Notes under the pieces: generated by a model | What the model was told of the DNA's origin: nothing | What the model saw: the letters and a program-made list of their open reading frames with translations, nothing else | Database searches by the model: none | Made by a program: the position numbers and the translations under genes | From: Amphiscolops sp. MND2022 | Taxonomy: Eukaryota | Direction: 5' to 3' | Length of the DNA: 64,000 nt | NCBI GenBank assembly: GCA_964187785.1 | Contig: OZ076418.1 | Coordinates: forward strand, 24,862,001 to 24,926,000 | Shown: positions 47,881 through 59,760 of the stretch, in pieces | Position numbering within the stretch: the first letter of the stretch is position 1 | Layout of the letters: each line of letters begins with the position of its first letter

Positions 47881-50020
47881 GTCATTCCTCGAGTTCCAAT
47901 GTCAGCAGGATTCATTTTTCCTTCCACATGTCGCCATTGGTCTATAGTTGAGTTTTCGAGGATCTCTGCGACTCTGTTCGGTACAAAGACAGGTTGCTTG
48001 TTGTTGCTTGCGTGAAGCCATTGTAGGACCGTTGTTGAATCTGTCCAGTGCACGAATCGGTCTACTTCAATATCATGTTCTCCTAAAATGAGTTCACGCA
48101 GTCTTATTCCAAAGACTGCTGCCTGCATCTCCAACTTGGCCACTGTCATGTTCCTAAATGGAGCTACTCTACATTTTCCGATGACAAAGGTTACTTCGCC
48201 ATTGTCTTGCTTTCCCAAATAAGCAACCATACACATTGCTTCCAACGAAGCGTCTGAGAAGATATGTAGATCAACTTTGTTCACTCCGGACTCGAAGTAT
48301 GTCCTTTTAAGGACCATTTGATCACTTGAATCCGCTCTGATGCCCATTTCTTGAATGCATGTCGACTTTCTTCATTCAGTTCTTTATCCCACGATCCGTT
48401 CTCCTTCCATATTAATTTTAGTCGCAGTCGCATTCTAATAGTAAAAGGAGACACTATTCCCAGAGGCTCGTACACCGCTGAAACAAGGGATAACACCACT
48501 CGCTGAGTTATCTTCACCGGTATCTCCTTCTTCATGCCTCTGCAGACTTCCAGATTATCTCCATCAACGTTCCATTGCAGTCCCAAGATGGATGGAGAAG
48601 TCGGTTCAGCCTCGAAGGTTTTACTAGAAGACGGTGACTTGTCTTCTTGGTCGATAAATGCCATAGTCAGTTGCTAATCCATTTTGTCAACTGAAAGCCT
48701 CTCTTTGCCAACATTGCTCGTAACAATTTGTAGATTTCAATAGCCTGCTCAGCGCTGGAAACTGACTTGACAAAGTCATTCATGTAGAAGTTTCGCGCAA
48801 TCAGTTTAGTAATTTGTGGGGACTCCTGGGGGTTATCTCTTGCAACTTGTTGCAGAGCATAATTGGCGCAAGTTGACGAAATTTTGGCTCTGAAGATATG
48901 TCTTCCATACTCATACACTTTAACGGGCTCATTTGGATTGTCTGTTCATAGGAATCTCAACACTTTACAATGTTCCGGCGGTACTTTCAATTGTCGGAAC
49001 ATCGCTTCAATGTCAGCGGTGATGGCGATGTTTTGTTCTCTAAACCTGAAGGTTATTCCAATCAGATTCTGCAGTAGGTCCGGCCCCGTCAAAAGGTTAT
49101 TGTTCAAGGAAACTCCAGGGAATTTGGAGGCTGCGTTGCACATTCGCCTCACTTTTCCTGGTTTGTTTGGATTTTCTACTGGGTGATGTGGAACATACCA
49201 CTGTCTTTCCAATTTTGTAGCTTCTAATTCTTCCTCCTTTAGGATTCTGACGAATCTGTTTTCAACATCTACTTTGATAGAGTCTTGATAGAGTTTCTTC
49301 AACTCCGGTTTCTTTTCAAGTCTATACTCCAGAAGACTATAATGCAGAAGAATAATTGTTCGGCAAGAAGGTGTCAATTCTTTTCCAGAGAAGACCGACT
49401 TCGTATCTTTCACCATCGATTTTTGTGGTTTGTTCTAGCATCTGCAAGGTTTTCTCATCTTCCTTGGACCTTCCAGACTTATCGCAGCGAGATGCATGGG
49501 ATTCTATGTCCCACCACGTTTTTATCTGTTCTGCCAGTGCATCATCTTAAGAGGCTGTTAGGCAAGATGCAGTCATCTGCACAGCCTTTTGCTGTGGAAG
49601 TGGTCCACAGAGATTCCATCCAAGTTTCGTTTTCACCGCCCAAGGCTCACCATTCGCGCAGCTTTTATATTCTTCAGGCCGATGTATATGGTAGCAGTTT
49701 TGTCCCAATATCATTTTTACTTCTTTGAGTTTCAATGTTTCTTCGCTTAGAACCGACAGATGCGGATAGGCAAGTTTGAGCTCCTGATAGTTGTAGATCT
49801 TTGTTCCGGCGTCTCTGTTTGGATGAGTGTAAACTGTCATGTGGTGTGTGTCGCTCATTGCCTTGCCACGAATTCCCACAGTGAATCGTTCACATTTCAC
49901 TTCATTTGTCCCATGTATTCCAGCCACACTCAGATTAACTTCTTCACCGTGAGCATTTAATTTGTCAGCTAATTCCTTGTTTATGAACGATAGGCTCGCT
50001 CCAGAGTCACACAGAGCCAA
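47868..50020 (-). pseudogene. BEL protease - RT - RNase H (frameshifted)
   Basis: ORF pieces 49547-50020, 48946-49416, 48667-48918, 48281-48664, 47868-48347 carry consecutive BEL pol motifs. Confidence 0.95.
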
Positions 50021-50101
50021 GGTTGACTCTTGCCTTTTGCCAACTTGAATGATGACAGGTATAACTGGCAGAAATCCAATGCTCTTCAGTGAGCAAAATG
50101 C

Positions 50102-52539
50102 TTAATTTGCCTCCGCTTTCCGTTGTGGGTCTTCCACTCCACTTTCTTTCGGCCGTTCGTTTGCCTCGCGATGCAGCAATCGATGATGCCGCCTGCTACA
50201 GCCTTTGACTCCACACGCTTTGTAAGTGCAATCAATCACCACATGTTTTCCAGCCAAGCAACAAAAACAGAGTTTCATTTCTTTGGCTTTTTCATATCGT
50301 GCTTGACAGGTCATCTTCAGAAACTTCTCGCATTTCCACAAGGGATGTTTACCATCTTTCAATGGACAATCGTGACCAGTCTTCTTGTCGGCACTGTCGT
50401 CAGCAAAGGTTGAGAACGTAGAGTTCTTTGGCTTGTGTTCACTTGCCCATTTCGATTTGTCTGCGTTGGGATTGCCTGTCATGAGAACATTTTCCTGCAC
50501 TGCTGCTATCTCTTGCAACCATGCGCTGAACGCTTCCAGCGCCTTGTATTAGTTGGCATTTTGTCTCGTGTAAGTCAACAATTTTGTTTTCATGTTCAAT
50601 GGCAGTTTTCTGGTCGCACTATTCAGGACGCCTTCTGACTGCAAGTCTCCAACATAGTTCATCTGCGTCAGAACTTGTACACAACTTGAAACTATCCTTG
50701 AGTATTTCACTTAAGCTACAGAGTCGTACGCTTTCACTGGTGGAAAGGTGTAAATTCGTCTCAGTTGTGCGTTAACTACCACTTGTGGTCTCCCAAAGTG
50801 CGCAACCAAGGTATTCCATGCAATATCATACATGTCTCCAGTGTAGCCTAGTCCAGCTCTTACTTCCTTTGCCTTTCCAGTGACCAGCGTTTTGAGGTGA
50901 TTCATCTTCAGACTAGTGTCAATGTTCGCAGCATGGACAGTCGAGAGGAACAACCCTGACCACTCGGGCCATTCCAATGGGTCACTTGAGAATTCTGCTA
51001 ACTTCAGTTTCGGGAGACTGGCTGGTAGACTCATGTTTTCGATTCTCGTGGGTCCAAAATGACTATGTGGAGGTGCAGTGAGGTTAACGGGGGGTGCAAC
51101 ATGTGGCGGTACCGTATCATTTCTCATATTGTTATTCGTTGTTGGCTGATTCGGAGGTAAACCATTTCTAAACTGAACAGCCCGCTTCAGCGTTACAGGA
51201 GCTACCTTCGGGACAAAAAGATTTCCCAAGTTGCCCACGTTTGCTACTGTTGGCTGTGCCATCTTAGCAGCTGGTTGAAACAACTTCCTTGTATGCGGCA
51301 ATGCACCAGGTTGTTGTTGCATGGGTTCGTTGGCTAGGGCGATTCTGCATACATCATACCCATTCTTTGTTAACTTATCATCTACTTCGATTTGATCAAG
51401 CCAAGGAGGTACCTTTTTAATCGGATCGCATTGGATGGGTTAAGGGGAGACGCTTCGGAAACTTGTATTTGCTCGGCTACTACCCGCTCGAGCTATTTCT
51501 ATTTCCTTTTCTGATATTCGTAAGGCTCTTGCCTTCTCCCCTTGGAGCAATCTCTAGTTCTTCTGTGAGTTTATCCATTTCCTCATGCTTCTTTCGGATC
51601 TCGGCTTGACGTTTCTTTGCAGCTAGTTTTTCATCGATTTCTTCTTGTTTCTTCATTGCTTCCAGTTCTAGGAGCATCACGCGCTTTGTAGTAGTTGACT
51701 TTGAACTAACTGATGTTCTGTTGCCCTTCGAATGTGCCTTGCTTGCACACTGATCTCTTTCTTCAGGTAGCGATTTCACCTCATTAACACAACGATTCTC
51801 AAACGAATAGGGTCTATCGGTACCTTGTGCCACTTCTTCATTTGCATCCTTCTGAGGAGAAGTGTCACGGGACTTCAACTGTTGTTCTTGCCATTCCGCC
51901 CTGGCACGGGCCATGATTCCCTCCATATGATGCAATTCACGGTAGATTGAAGTATCTCCACTAGGCTTCAACAACTCATTCATTTTATCCACAATTTCAA
52001 CGCTCATTTTGAGGGTCTCTTCGTTGGTTTGTACCAATGTTTTGTAATCCTTTGAGTTGCAAAGAGTATTCTGATTTTTGTCTATTTCGTCTTCGTTTTT
52101 TTGAAGCATGACATTTCTCTTTGGATTTCTGAAGCTGTAGGAATTCTTTCATCTGTCCTTCATTCTTTAGGCTCCGCAACATTGTGAGCATCTGCCCAAT
52201 GATCGTTTGTCGTGTTTCTAAGGAATCTAATTCATCCCGATATCTGCAAAATCTGTTGCCTTTACCATCATCCTGTTCTGGTTGATACTTGGCTTTCAAG
52301 AGTGCTTTGTTCGCCGCGACGAGTCTCTTCCATCTGGTGAAAACGTCTTGTCGGTTCGGTAGGAGATCTGCGAGTTTCTCCTTTGTCACGTCTGCTTTGC
52401 GCAGCTCAACATGTATTTCATCCCATTTTTTCTCAAAGTTTTGAACTGCTCTGATGTTGCTCTCCCATTGTGGCTTGTCCATAGAACTCTTCAAATGGTT
52501 GTCAGTTCTCTCGTAATCAATTCTCTTGGGTTCAGCCAT
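50102..52539 (-). pseudogene. BEL gag with long coiled-coil N-terminus (frameshifted)
   Basis: ORF pieces 51997-52539, 51480-52109, 50711-51322, 50102-50518; knuckles CPLKDGKHPLWKC, CFCCLAGKHVVIDC, CGVKGCSRRHH. Confidence 0.9.
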
Positions 52540-52546
52540 TTTGAAC

Positions 52547-52790
52547 TAGCCCAAAACCCCTGAGTACACTAAATGAAGCAAAGAGTCAAATCATTCTACT
52601 GCGAATATAACTCCCAACAAGCTGACGAAGTAGCCCAAAACCCCAGAGTACACCTTATACCCAAGAGCGCCAGTAATACCACTTCGAATACAATCTCCCA
52701 GAGCCTACAGAAGTATCCCAAGCCCCAGAGTATACAATACTAAGAAAAGAGCCCAGACGATTCCACTTTTCAGCGCACTCAGCTTTGTAG
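52547..52790. repeat. Degenerate ~84-bp tandem repeat (about 2.6 units) in the BEL leader
   Basis: ta(g/t)ccca(aa)accccagagta(c/t)ac recurs at 52547, 52631, 52714. Confidence 0.75.
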
Positions 52791-52890
52791 GGTTCAACCA
52801 CAGTGGTTCAACAGCTGTCGTCCACTGTACACGTTCACTTGTTCGCACAGTGCTTCTCTGGCTGTGTAACAATCAGATGATCATCCAGTT

Positions 52891-52962
52891 GTCCGCCCAA
52901 TTGACGATGTCCGCCCAATTGATTATGTCCGCCCAATTGATTATGTCCGCCCAATTGATGAT
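52891..52962. repeat. Four 18-bp tandem repeats (gtccgcccaattga(c/t)(g/t)at) abutting the BEL PBS
   Basis: Units at 52891, 52909, 52927, 52945. Confidence 0.97.
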
Positions 52963-52980
52963 GTCCGGGTCGGCGGACCA
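52963..52980 (-). promoter_or_regulatory. BEL primer-binding site TGGTCCGCCGACCCGGAC (tRNA-Tyr type)
   Basis: 2 nt from the LTR end; 14 of 17 nt match the tRNA-Tyr-type PBS TGGTCCTTCGAGCCGGA used by many BEL elements. Confidence 0.8.
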
Positions 52981-52982
52981 AA

Positions 52983-53492
52983 TGTAACGGCTGCTTGATC
53001 CCTTCAGTTGACCAAACTTTACGCCCCTGAATTCGGTGCTCGGCACTGCGGATCGTTACCGAACACTGCTTGCTTCTTAGATTAAAAGGACTGTATCGTG
53101 ACTTAGTAGGATCCAATGATCCCGAATTGCACTTCTTCCTTGTCTCTTAACACGTCCGACTCTCCACAAGTAGAGAGTACCTAACTTAGCCGCCTTAAGT
53201 CTTTGGCGAAAAGTCAAAAAGAGGTGAAGAAATGAATTGAGAGTTGAAATGATCCTGAGACCCAACTTGAATACAGCTTTCCAATCAATTTGTGCCTATC
53301 TAACAATGGAATACATATCGTTTACAATTCTACAGTAAATAAAAGTCAAAATATAAAGTACAAATAAATGACATTTAGGTGAATTATTATTGGCTAAGTA
53401 AACAAACCATAGTGTGTGTATAGCATGTTGGTTAGGTGGGATCTAAAGCATGTTTACACAATGTAACAATCATTAATTTCAACAGAGTTACA
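52983..53492 (-). repeat. BEL 5' LTR (about 510 bp)
   Basis: Bounded by inverted TGTAAC...GTTACA; adjacent to the PBS; no second copy in the window, so the outer end is unconfirmed. Confidence 0.7.
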
Positions 53493-54129
53493 TTCTAATG
53501 TGTTCATAAAGGTAAATAACAATGTTTACATTATTGGCATAATGACCTTGAATATCACACATGTGAGGGTTAAAGGGGGTTATAGTGAGTGAATGGCCTT
53601 GAAACTTGGCCGGTGTGTTTGTGTTAGGTACTTGCTCATGTGTGCCAAGTTTCATGTCTCTAGGGTTAGTAGTTGTCGAGAAAACCCATTTGGGGGGTTT
53701 CCATTTTTCCCCCACGAGTTTTTATCAAAATTTCATTTAAGTTTTAATGAGTTTAATTTTTTGTTTCTCAACAACCATGATCCAAATCGAGTTTTTTTGC
53801 CTGCTGATGACTGGCGCCAATAGCATATAATAGACCACTCGAGGTTCTGAGCCTGAAGGGAGAGCAAAAATGATCGAGACAAGAATATTGAGACATCTTG
53901 ACAAAAGGTCAAAAGGACAGCATCACTGCCCGCCAACTGGACAGGAGATTCAGTTCAGCTGCAGTCTGGCGTACCACTTGTTGTGATCTTTTAATGAGCA
54001 CCCAGCAGAATTGGTTGTCTCTCCAGAATCGAATGTGCAGAAACAGGAAAATTCCTCTGTGGCTGAACGAATATGTGGTGGAATAGCACGTGCAAACACA
54101 ACGGTCTAAATAGGAGGAGTACCGAATAG

Positions 54130-55850
54130 AAATTTCCAATGCTATCAAGTTGTTTTAGTTCCACCTCAGCCGACAAACTTACTTACAAAAGCCGTACCCT
54201 GGGGCAATAAGACTAGGAGTTGTGCTATCACAATACTAGAAGTAGTAGAAAAGATTCTAACCGTGAGCCGCTCCTTCCCCCAGTTGAAGTCACAGAACAA
54301 CGCCTGGTGAATGAGCACGACCCCAAAATCTTTCCACACGCTGCGAAGTGATCCAATGTTGCCGAAGGATGGGCGGAAATGTTCAAGGATCGAAATTTGA
54401 ACCCGAACTCTGTTCTCAGTCGATGAGGTCATGTGGTCATTTCCGGCCATGTAATCATCGTAGAAGGGTACTTCCTTTCCTATGTCGACTATTGGCGCAT
54501 CTTTAAAATTAGGGTACTCCAAATCGAGGTCCTAAGGGGAAAGGATTTTACCTTCTCTGACCCTGACATGGTGACGTAGGGTATGAGTGATGGGCTCTTC
54601 TCTGGTCAGATGCTGATATCACCACCTCTGATCTTTTCGCAGGTGATGCTCAGTCGCATAGTGCCTAGTTATTTCTTTGGCACCTCGTCCGTAGATGGAG
54701 ATGATTTTCCCGCAATATTTTGCTAGATTTTCTTACTGCCTTATTGGATGTCTTTCCTTTGGATTTAGTCGTGGCCTTGAGACGTTTTTGCCTTTGTCTC
54801 GAATTTCTTCCTGTTTCAAATCCGCAAATGTCTGCGCCCCAGGACTAGTACAAGCTACTAGCGCAGAAGATGATGGCAGGTCTTCAGGACTGCAACCAGG
54901 TACTGGCGGACTGGGAACGTGTACACTGGTAGTCTGCTCGATGACCTTTGACGTGAGAGACTAGTGCTCCAGAAACTGCCTTCGCTTAGCTCTTTTCTTC
55001 GCGATTGCACTGACCATGGGTATCTGGCCCTGTGAAACCGGAGTCGGAGGTGAATGATTGTGTGGTGCATTCATGTTCCAGTTGTGACCTCTGATCGTCT
55101 CAAACTCAGTTGACTAGCTTTCATCGCCACGCTATTCAACATCTCGAACGCAGCCTTGGCCGTTTCATCGACGACAATTTCAAGCTGAGTTCCATCTGAT
55201 CTTGATTCAAGGCTATAAAAGGGTGTACCTCCGGTAGACAGATAGGAGAACTCTCACTAAAATATTTTGGGATGTTAATTAGTTCTCGGATAGCTCTCCT
55301 TTTTTGATTGATATCGCTGCTGGTCTGGTTCTTAAGAGATTCGTCGTCTGATGAGGTATAACTTGGGATGTGGCCAGAACGCTCAGTGAGCCTGTGGGTT
55401 GGAGCAGCTAACGCTTCGGCGAGAATTGATCTCCCTTCCCGATTCGACTCTTATTCGAGCGCGCCAAAATCGCCAATTTCGCTGCTAAAATCAGACGTGG
55501 CAGGTTCGAGACTTGTGCTACTGGCAGTCGGTAGGTCAGCTTGACCAGAGATTACAACGCCTCTGATAGAATGGTGTTCATACGCTGGTGAAAACTCAAA
55601 TTCTTCTACATCGCGGAGGCTGGAAGACAGGTTTGAAGGTTCAGGAAAGAAATTGGCAGAAACCTCAGCGGCGTTCTCGACGGGCGAATTGAATGACTCG
55701 AAGTTGGGGAAATCTTCCAATTTTCTACTTTTACTCTGTTTGACATCAAGGCGTGGGGCCTTGTTGGTGGAGTTTTCTTGAGAAGATTCCAGAGCCTGAA
55801 ATTTGCGGACAATGTAAGCACCGCAGTTTTCATCGGACCCGCTGCTGCTG
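54130..55850 (-). pseudogene. Decayed long ORF, probably transposon-derived, with BED-finger-like motif
   Basis: GC-richer block with broken frames; KYCGKIISIYGRGAKEITRHYATEHHLRKDQRW at ~54625-54720, continuing into ORF 54166-54522. Confidence 0.4.
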
Positions 55851-58800
55851 AGGGAAAATTCCCCCCTACCTGAATGATCTCTGAGTATAACTGGGACGTT
55901 GAGGCTTCTGCTTCTGGCTTGATTGCATTGAGATCACTTTGCTTGGTAATCGGCTCAGTAGGTTTTAGTGTGGGAGAGGAAATACTGCTATGACGCCACT
56001 TGAAGTGGTACTCAAGTTATCAGGGACGCCCAAATTCACAGGACTTGTGTCCCTCGCATCTCCAACTCTCGGTCCGGTTGGCAATCTGTTGCTCTATCTA
56101 AATGAAAAGATATGAACGTTCACGTTTCACTTCCTGCAAAAACTTCCATCTAGCCGCTTTAATGACTTCTGGAAGCAAGTAAAATATATACACACATCAT
56201 TTGATGTTTTCACGATAAAGAAAGTAGCTTATTTGAATGAAAACCTTGATCACGATCGAATAATAAAAAAAGTATTACCTTGAAGGATTTTCCATGACAA
56301 AAATTCTAGAATTGAGCTGTTGATATGAGATGAGTGGAATTTGTTGAATTGAAGGACTGATTAGAGACTGCCTCTCGGACGTACAGTATCCTCTTCACCA
56401 AACAAGCCTGATTGAGCTGCTTGAGGTTCGGAATATTTGCGTCAGGTATCAGCTGTCTAATTAATAATTTCGGGACTAAGAATTGTAAAAGGTGTACATT
56501 TGAAAAGAGGAAAGATATGTAAGTGTGTTATGATCAAAACTGAAGTAAAGCCAGAGACTGTAACGAAAAATTGTGGTAAAACAGTTATGACAAAACCCAA
56601 GGTCAGAGAGACTACACTGAAGTATGAGGGTAGATCACTTTACCTCAAGTGATGGTACTTGAAAGTTTGATATTGACTGCAATTAAACACAAGAATTAAC
56701 ACTAGACTGGATCAAACGATTACGTTCACAACTATGATATATAATTGAGAAACTATTCAACAGACCGCAACAGATTCGATATGACTGCAACAAATTACTG
56801 TTTGAGCCAGCTGACTTTGACACAAGTTTAGATTATTGATGTTACTCAGTTGGAGTAGCTGTCTAATTTAACGATTGTTGAAACTCATCAGCAGTTAAGA
56901 ATAAACAGAACGTCGTGGCTACCTTTACTTTGTTTAATCATCAACAAAAGCGTTTCTCAATATAAAATTATTACTTAATTACTACCGTGTTATGCAGCCT
57001 GCCAGCGAAATACAGATACTTTACGCTTGATTGTGCAATTACCTCCAGGAGTGTATGCCAATCACTATCACGACTATTATTCTTATAGTTATTGTTATTA
57101 AAAATATATTAGTTATCTTAAAGATTATTGGCAATGCCATTTTTACTACTACTTTTGCTTTACTACTTTTACTACTACTTTTGGTTTATTTTGCCATGTT
57201 TCATCAGTTAGCCAGCGCATCGCTTGTTGTCATTCATCGGAGGACGTGATTGGTTGTTTTCATTTACGCAGTCGAACAGACCGCAGGTCTTTGATGTGAA
57301 CTGTTGACAGAAAGTTAGTGGTGATAGCTCTTCTAGCGTGAAGTGACGCCGTTGAAGAAGTAAGCAAACTAAACTCAAGAGGCGATCTTTAAGCAAACAT
57401 TCAACACCAGCTGAGATTTTTTGATAATCACTAAGTTAGAATGAAGACCAAAAAAGGACAACTGCGGGCTTTTACTGCTGTATTTTTTCCGCAAAAATTG
57501 AAATAGGACTTAAGGTCAGTCAGACCGCATCAAATCACTTCATAGATTTCAACTTTCGCGATCGGCTGACTACCAAATTTGATACAAAATTGCGGCGATT
57601 ATCTTCACCTAACGCTATTTTGAAGAAATGTATCTCTAATTTAATATTGAAGAGTCAACTAGCCTTCTTTTAAGCCTATCGTGACAATCATCGGATGAGG
57701 CTATGGAAGTGGATTCCGTCTCGCAGACAATTCCGAAGATCACGATTCTGAGGATGACTTTCAAGTGCTTGACTTTTACCACGAATCAATTCCGTTTCCG
57801 CAACAACGGAGTTTACACAGTGTCTAAACGACTTGGGCTTCCCTAATGAGGATCTGGTTGACTCACTCAGTACCTCCTCTGAGCCTTTGCAAGACATAGT
57901 TGACTGGTATGTGGGTGGACCACCTGTCCATTCTTATGACAACTTTGACGTAAGCCACCCGATTGAACAATGCACCCAGATTGATCCGATCCCTGACTCA
58001 CTGCTGTCCCCCCACTAGAAGACGATTGGTGGATATCAATATCAGCAACAACAAGGCGACAACACAGACCATTGATACCAAACACTCACATCACTGGACT
58101 GGAAATCAGTGCTAACGGTATTTGTGGACAGCAAAACGAAGTTTTCCGCAGAGGCTGTGTGGTCTGTTGTAAATCATTTGCCGCGATTAAGGAGAGCTCA
58201 CGCTGGGACATCTCGAGCTGACACATACAGCAGGCGAAACCTACGACCAGACGCAAGACGCAACGCTTCTCAAGCTGGTTTGAAAGCTGGGTCTTTCATA
58301 CTAGTACCCACTAGTACCCAGGGGAGTGTTGCAGACTGCACCTGCGACGGTATTTCGTGCTAAAAGACCCCGGCGAACGATAACTCACTGCCCGGCCGAG
58401 GCGTCCTACAAATCTGAAATTAACCCTAGAAATCCTAACTTGAGATTAGCTTTTTATTTTAGTACCTAAAGTGTTCAGTTGCGGTGAATTTTACCTATTT
58501 CAGCCCAATTTCCAGCTAAAAAGTTTGACCTAAGGTCAAAACGACTGCAAGCAAAATACTCATTGGACCTTATCAATCAATCATTATGCTGTTTTATAGA
58601 ATAATGTATTTGATTTAGTGAATAATTGTGAACCTGTACTCAAGGTCTAAAGTGCAAAGAATAACAACGAATGTGAGGTCAGGTAAAGTTGCTTTCGAAA
58701 CAGTAAGGTATAGACTGAGGTGCTGGTAATTCAAAGAAGGAAATGCGTTCAACTGGTACAGTGATGCAGTCCGTTTGACGCGTTGTCACATTAGCAACTA

Positions 58801-59066
58801 CCCAATCAGATTGCGTGCTTTGAGTGCTATTACCGGGAAACCGGACTTCGAAGATGATAATTTTGCTACGATACCACTGCGCAGTCAACTTGTTCAATCT
58901 CAAACTCACAAACTCACTCTCATTCCTGTGGCGATTTTGTTGGTCTTCAATTTGATTCCTTTTTATACCTTAGATCTATTAGATCCTCAGATCCTCAGAT
59001 AACCTGACTTGAAACTCAGCAATTTTAACAAGAAGTTCAATCTTACCACTGAGTAATCTCTTTGCG

Positions 59067-59670
59067 ATGCCTTCAACTAGGAAGCAAAAGGCTAAAGAAA
59101 ACGCTCAAGGCAGTCTGACGTAATGTCAGATGTTGAGAAACTGGATATCATGTTAGGTAAATTCCCTGAGAAAGATGTCATAAAGGAGCTAGAAGCTGAC
59201 CTTGAGTCAGAGGGACTGCAAAGAGAGACTAGCCAAGCAGGCTAATACAAGTGTAAATAGTGAGATAACTGCCAAAACTAGTAGAGCAAGTAATTCAGAC
59301 ATTTCTTCCCAAATGTCTAGAAAGTTAGAAGAGGTCAAAATAAATTTAAATGTTCACGTTCTCGAAGCTATTAACTAAGCAATTGAGGAAAAAGTATTGT
59401 CAACCATCTAAAATGCCTCAAAGTCGCATGATGTTATTTCTAGTGAAAATTTGGACCTTCGGTCAGACGGGCCGCATCAGAGAAAAATTGGCCAAATGAC
59501 TCAGAAATGGGACCCTCGGTCAGACGGACCATATCAAAGTAAAAATGGAGGAATTAGCCGCAAAATACGTGTAGATTTTCCACCAAAGTGAATTCTACGA
59601 GGAGTAATTTCAATAGTTATCTAAGAGAGAAAGTTCAGTAGACCCTTGTGAGAGTTATGAAGGTTACTAC
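59067..59670 (+). pseudogene. Decayed ORF MPSTRKQKAK... probably of LTR-element origin
   Basis: N-terminus resembles MLTTRSQKRR at 47360; DLRSDGPH-type repeats also echoed near 57505; ends at GGTTACTACA, an LTR-end-like sequence. Confidence 0.4.
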
Positions 59671-59689
59671 ATGTCCGAAAAAAATTGCG

Positions 59690-59760
59690 TTTTACCGAGG
59701 ACGAGGTTGGGTTTCGAATTCCGTTTTCAAAGTATCCCGGTGCATGGCGGGCATCTTGTT
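59690..59760 (+). repeat. Truncated third copy of R2 (B-box-like part and 3' end)
   Basis: acgaggttgggtttcgaattcc...atcccggtgcatggcgggcatcttgtt matches the 3' half of 27978-28287. Confidence 0.6.

Larger units (their letters stand above)
47868..53492 (-). mobile_element. BEL/Pao LTR retrotransposon, 3'-truncated (no integrase or 3' LTR)
   Basis: gag LPKLKLAEFSSDPLEW, three Cys/His knuckles, protease LCDSGAS, RT YVPHHPV...ADIEAMF and FYMND, RNase H LHIFSDAS; PBS and one LTR upstream. Confidence 0.95.

Noticed and set aside
48780-48790. BEL RT motif YMND as a novel catalytic variant
   Set aside because: Single copy in a multiply frameshifted element; one G-to-A change from YMDD is the simpler explanation.
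52835-53116. 93-aa ORF with HQLGG repeats
   Set aside because: Translation of the 18-bp leader repeats, starting in the LTR; no evidence it is coding, so treated as an RNA-level feature.
53488-53715. 75-aa ORF (…PRDMKLGTHEQ…)
   Set aside because: Reads like a non-coding dispersed repeat with internal inverted aaacttggc/gccaagttt; no protein motif.
58400-59670. Solo LTR with target-site duplication
   Set aside because: I could not find a matching TGTAGTAAC-like start or a duplicated flank, so boundaries are not called.
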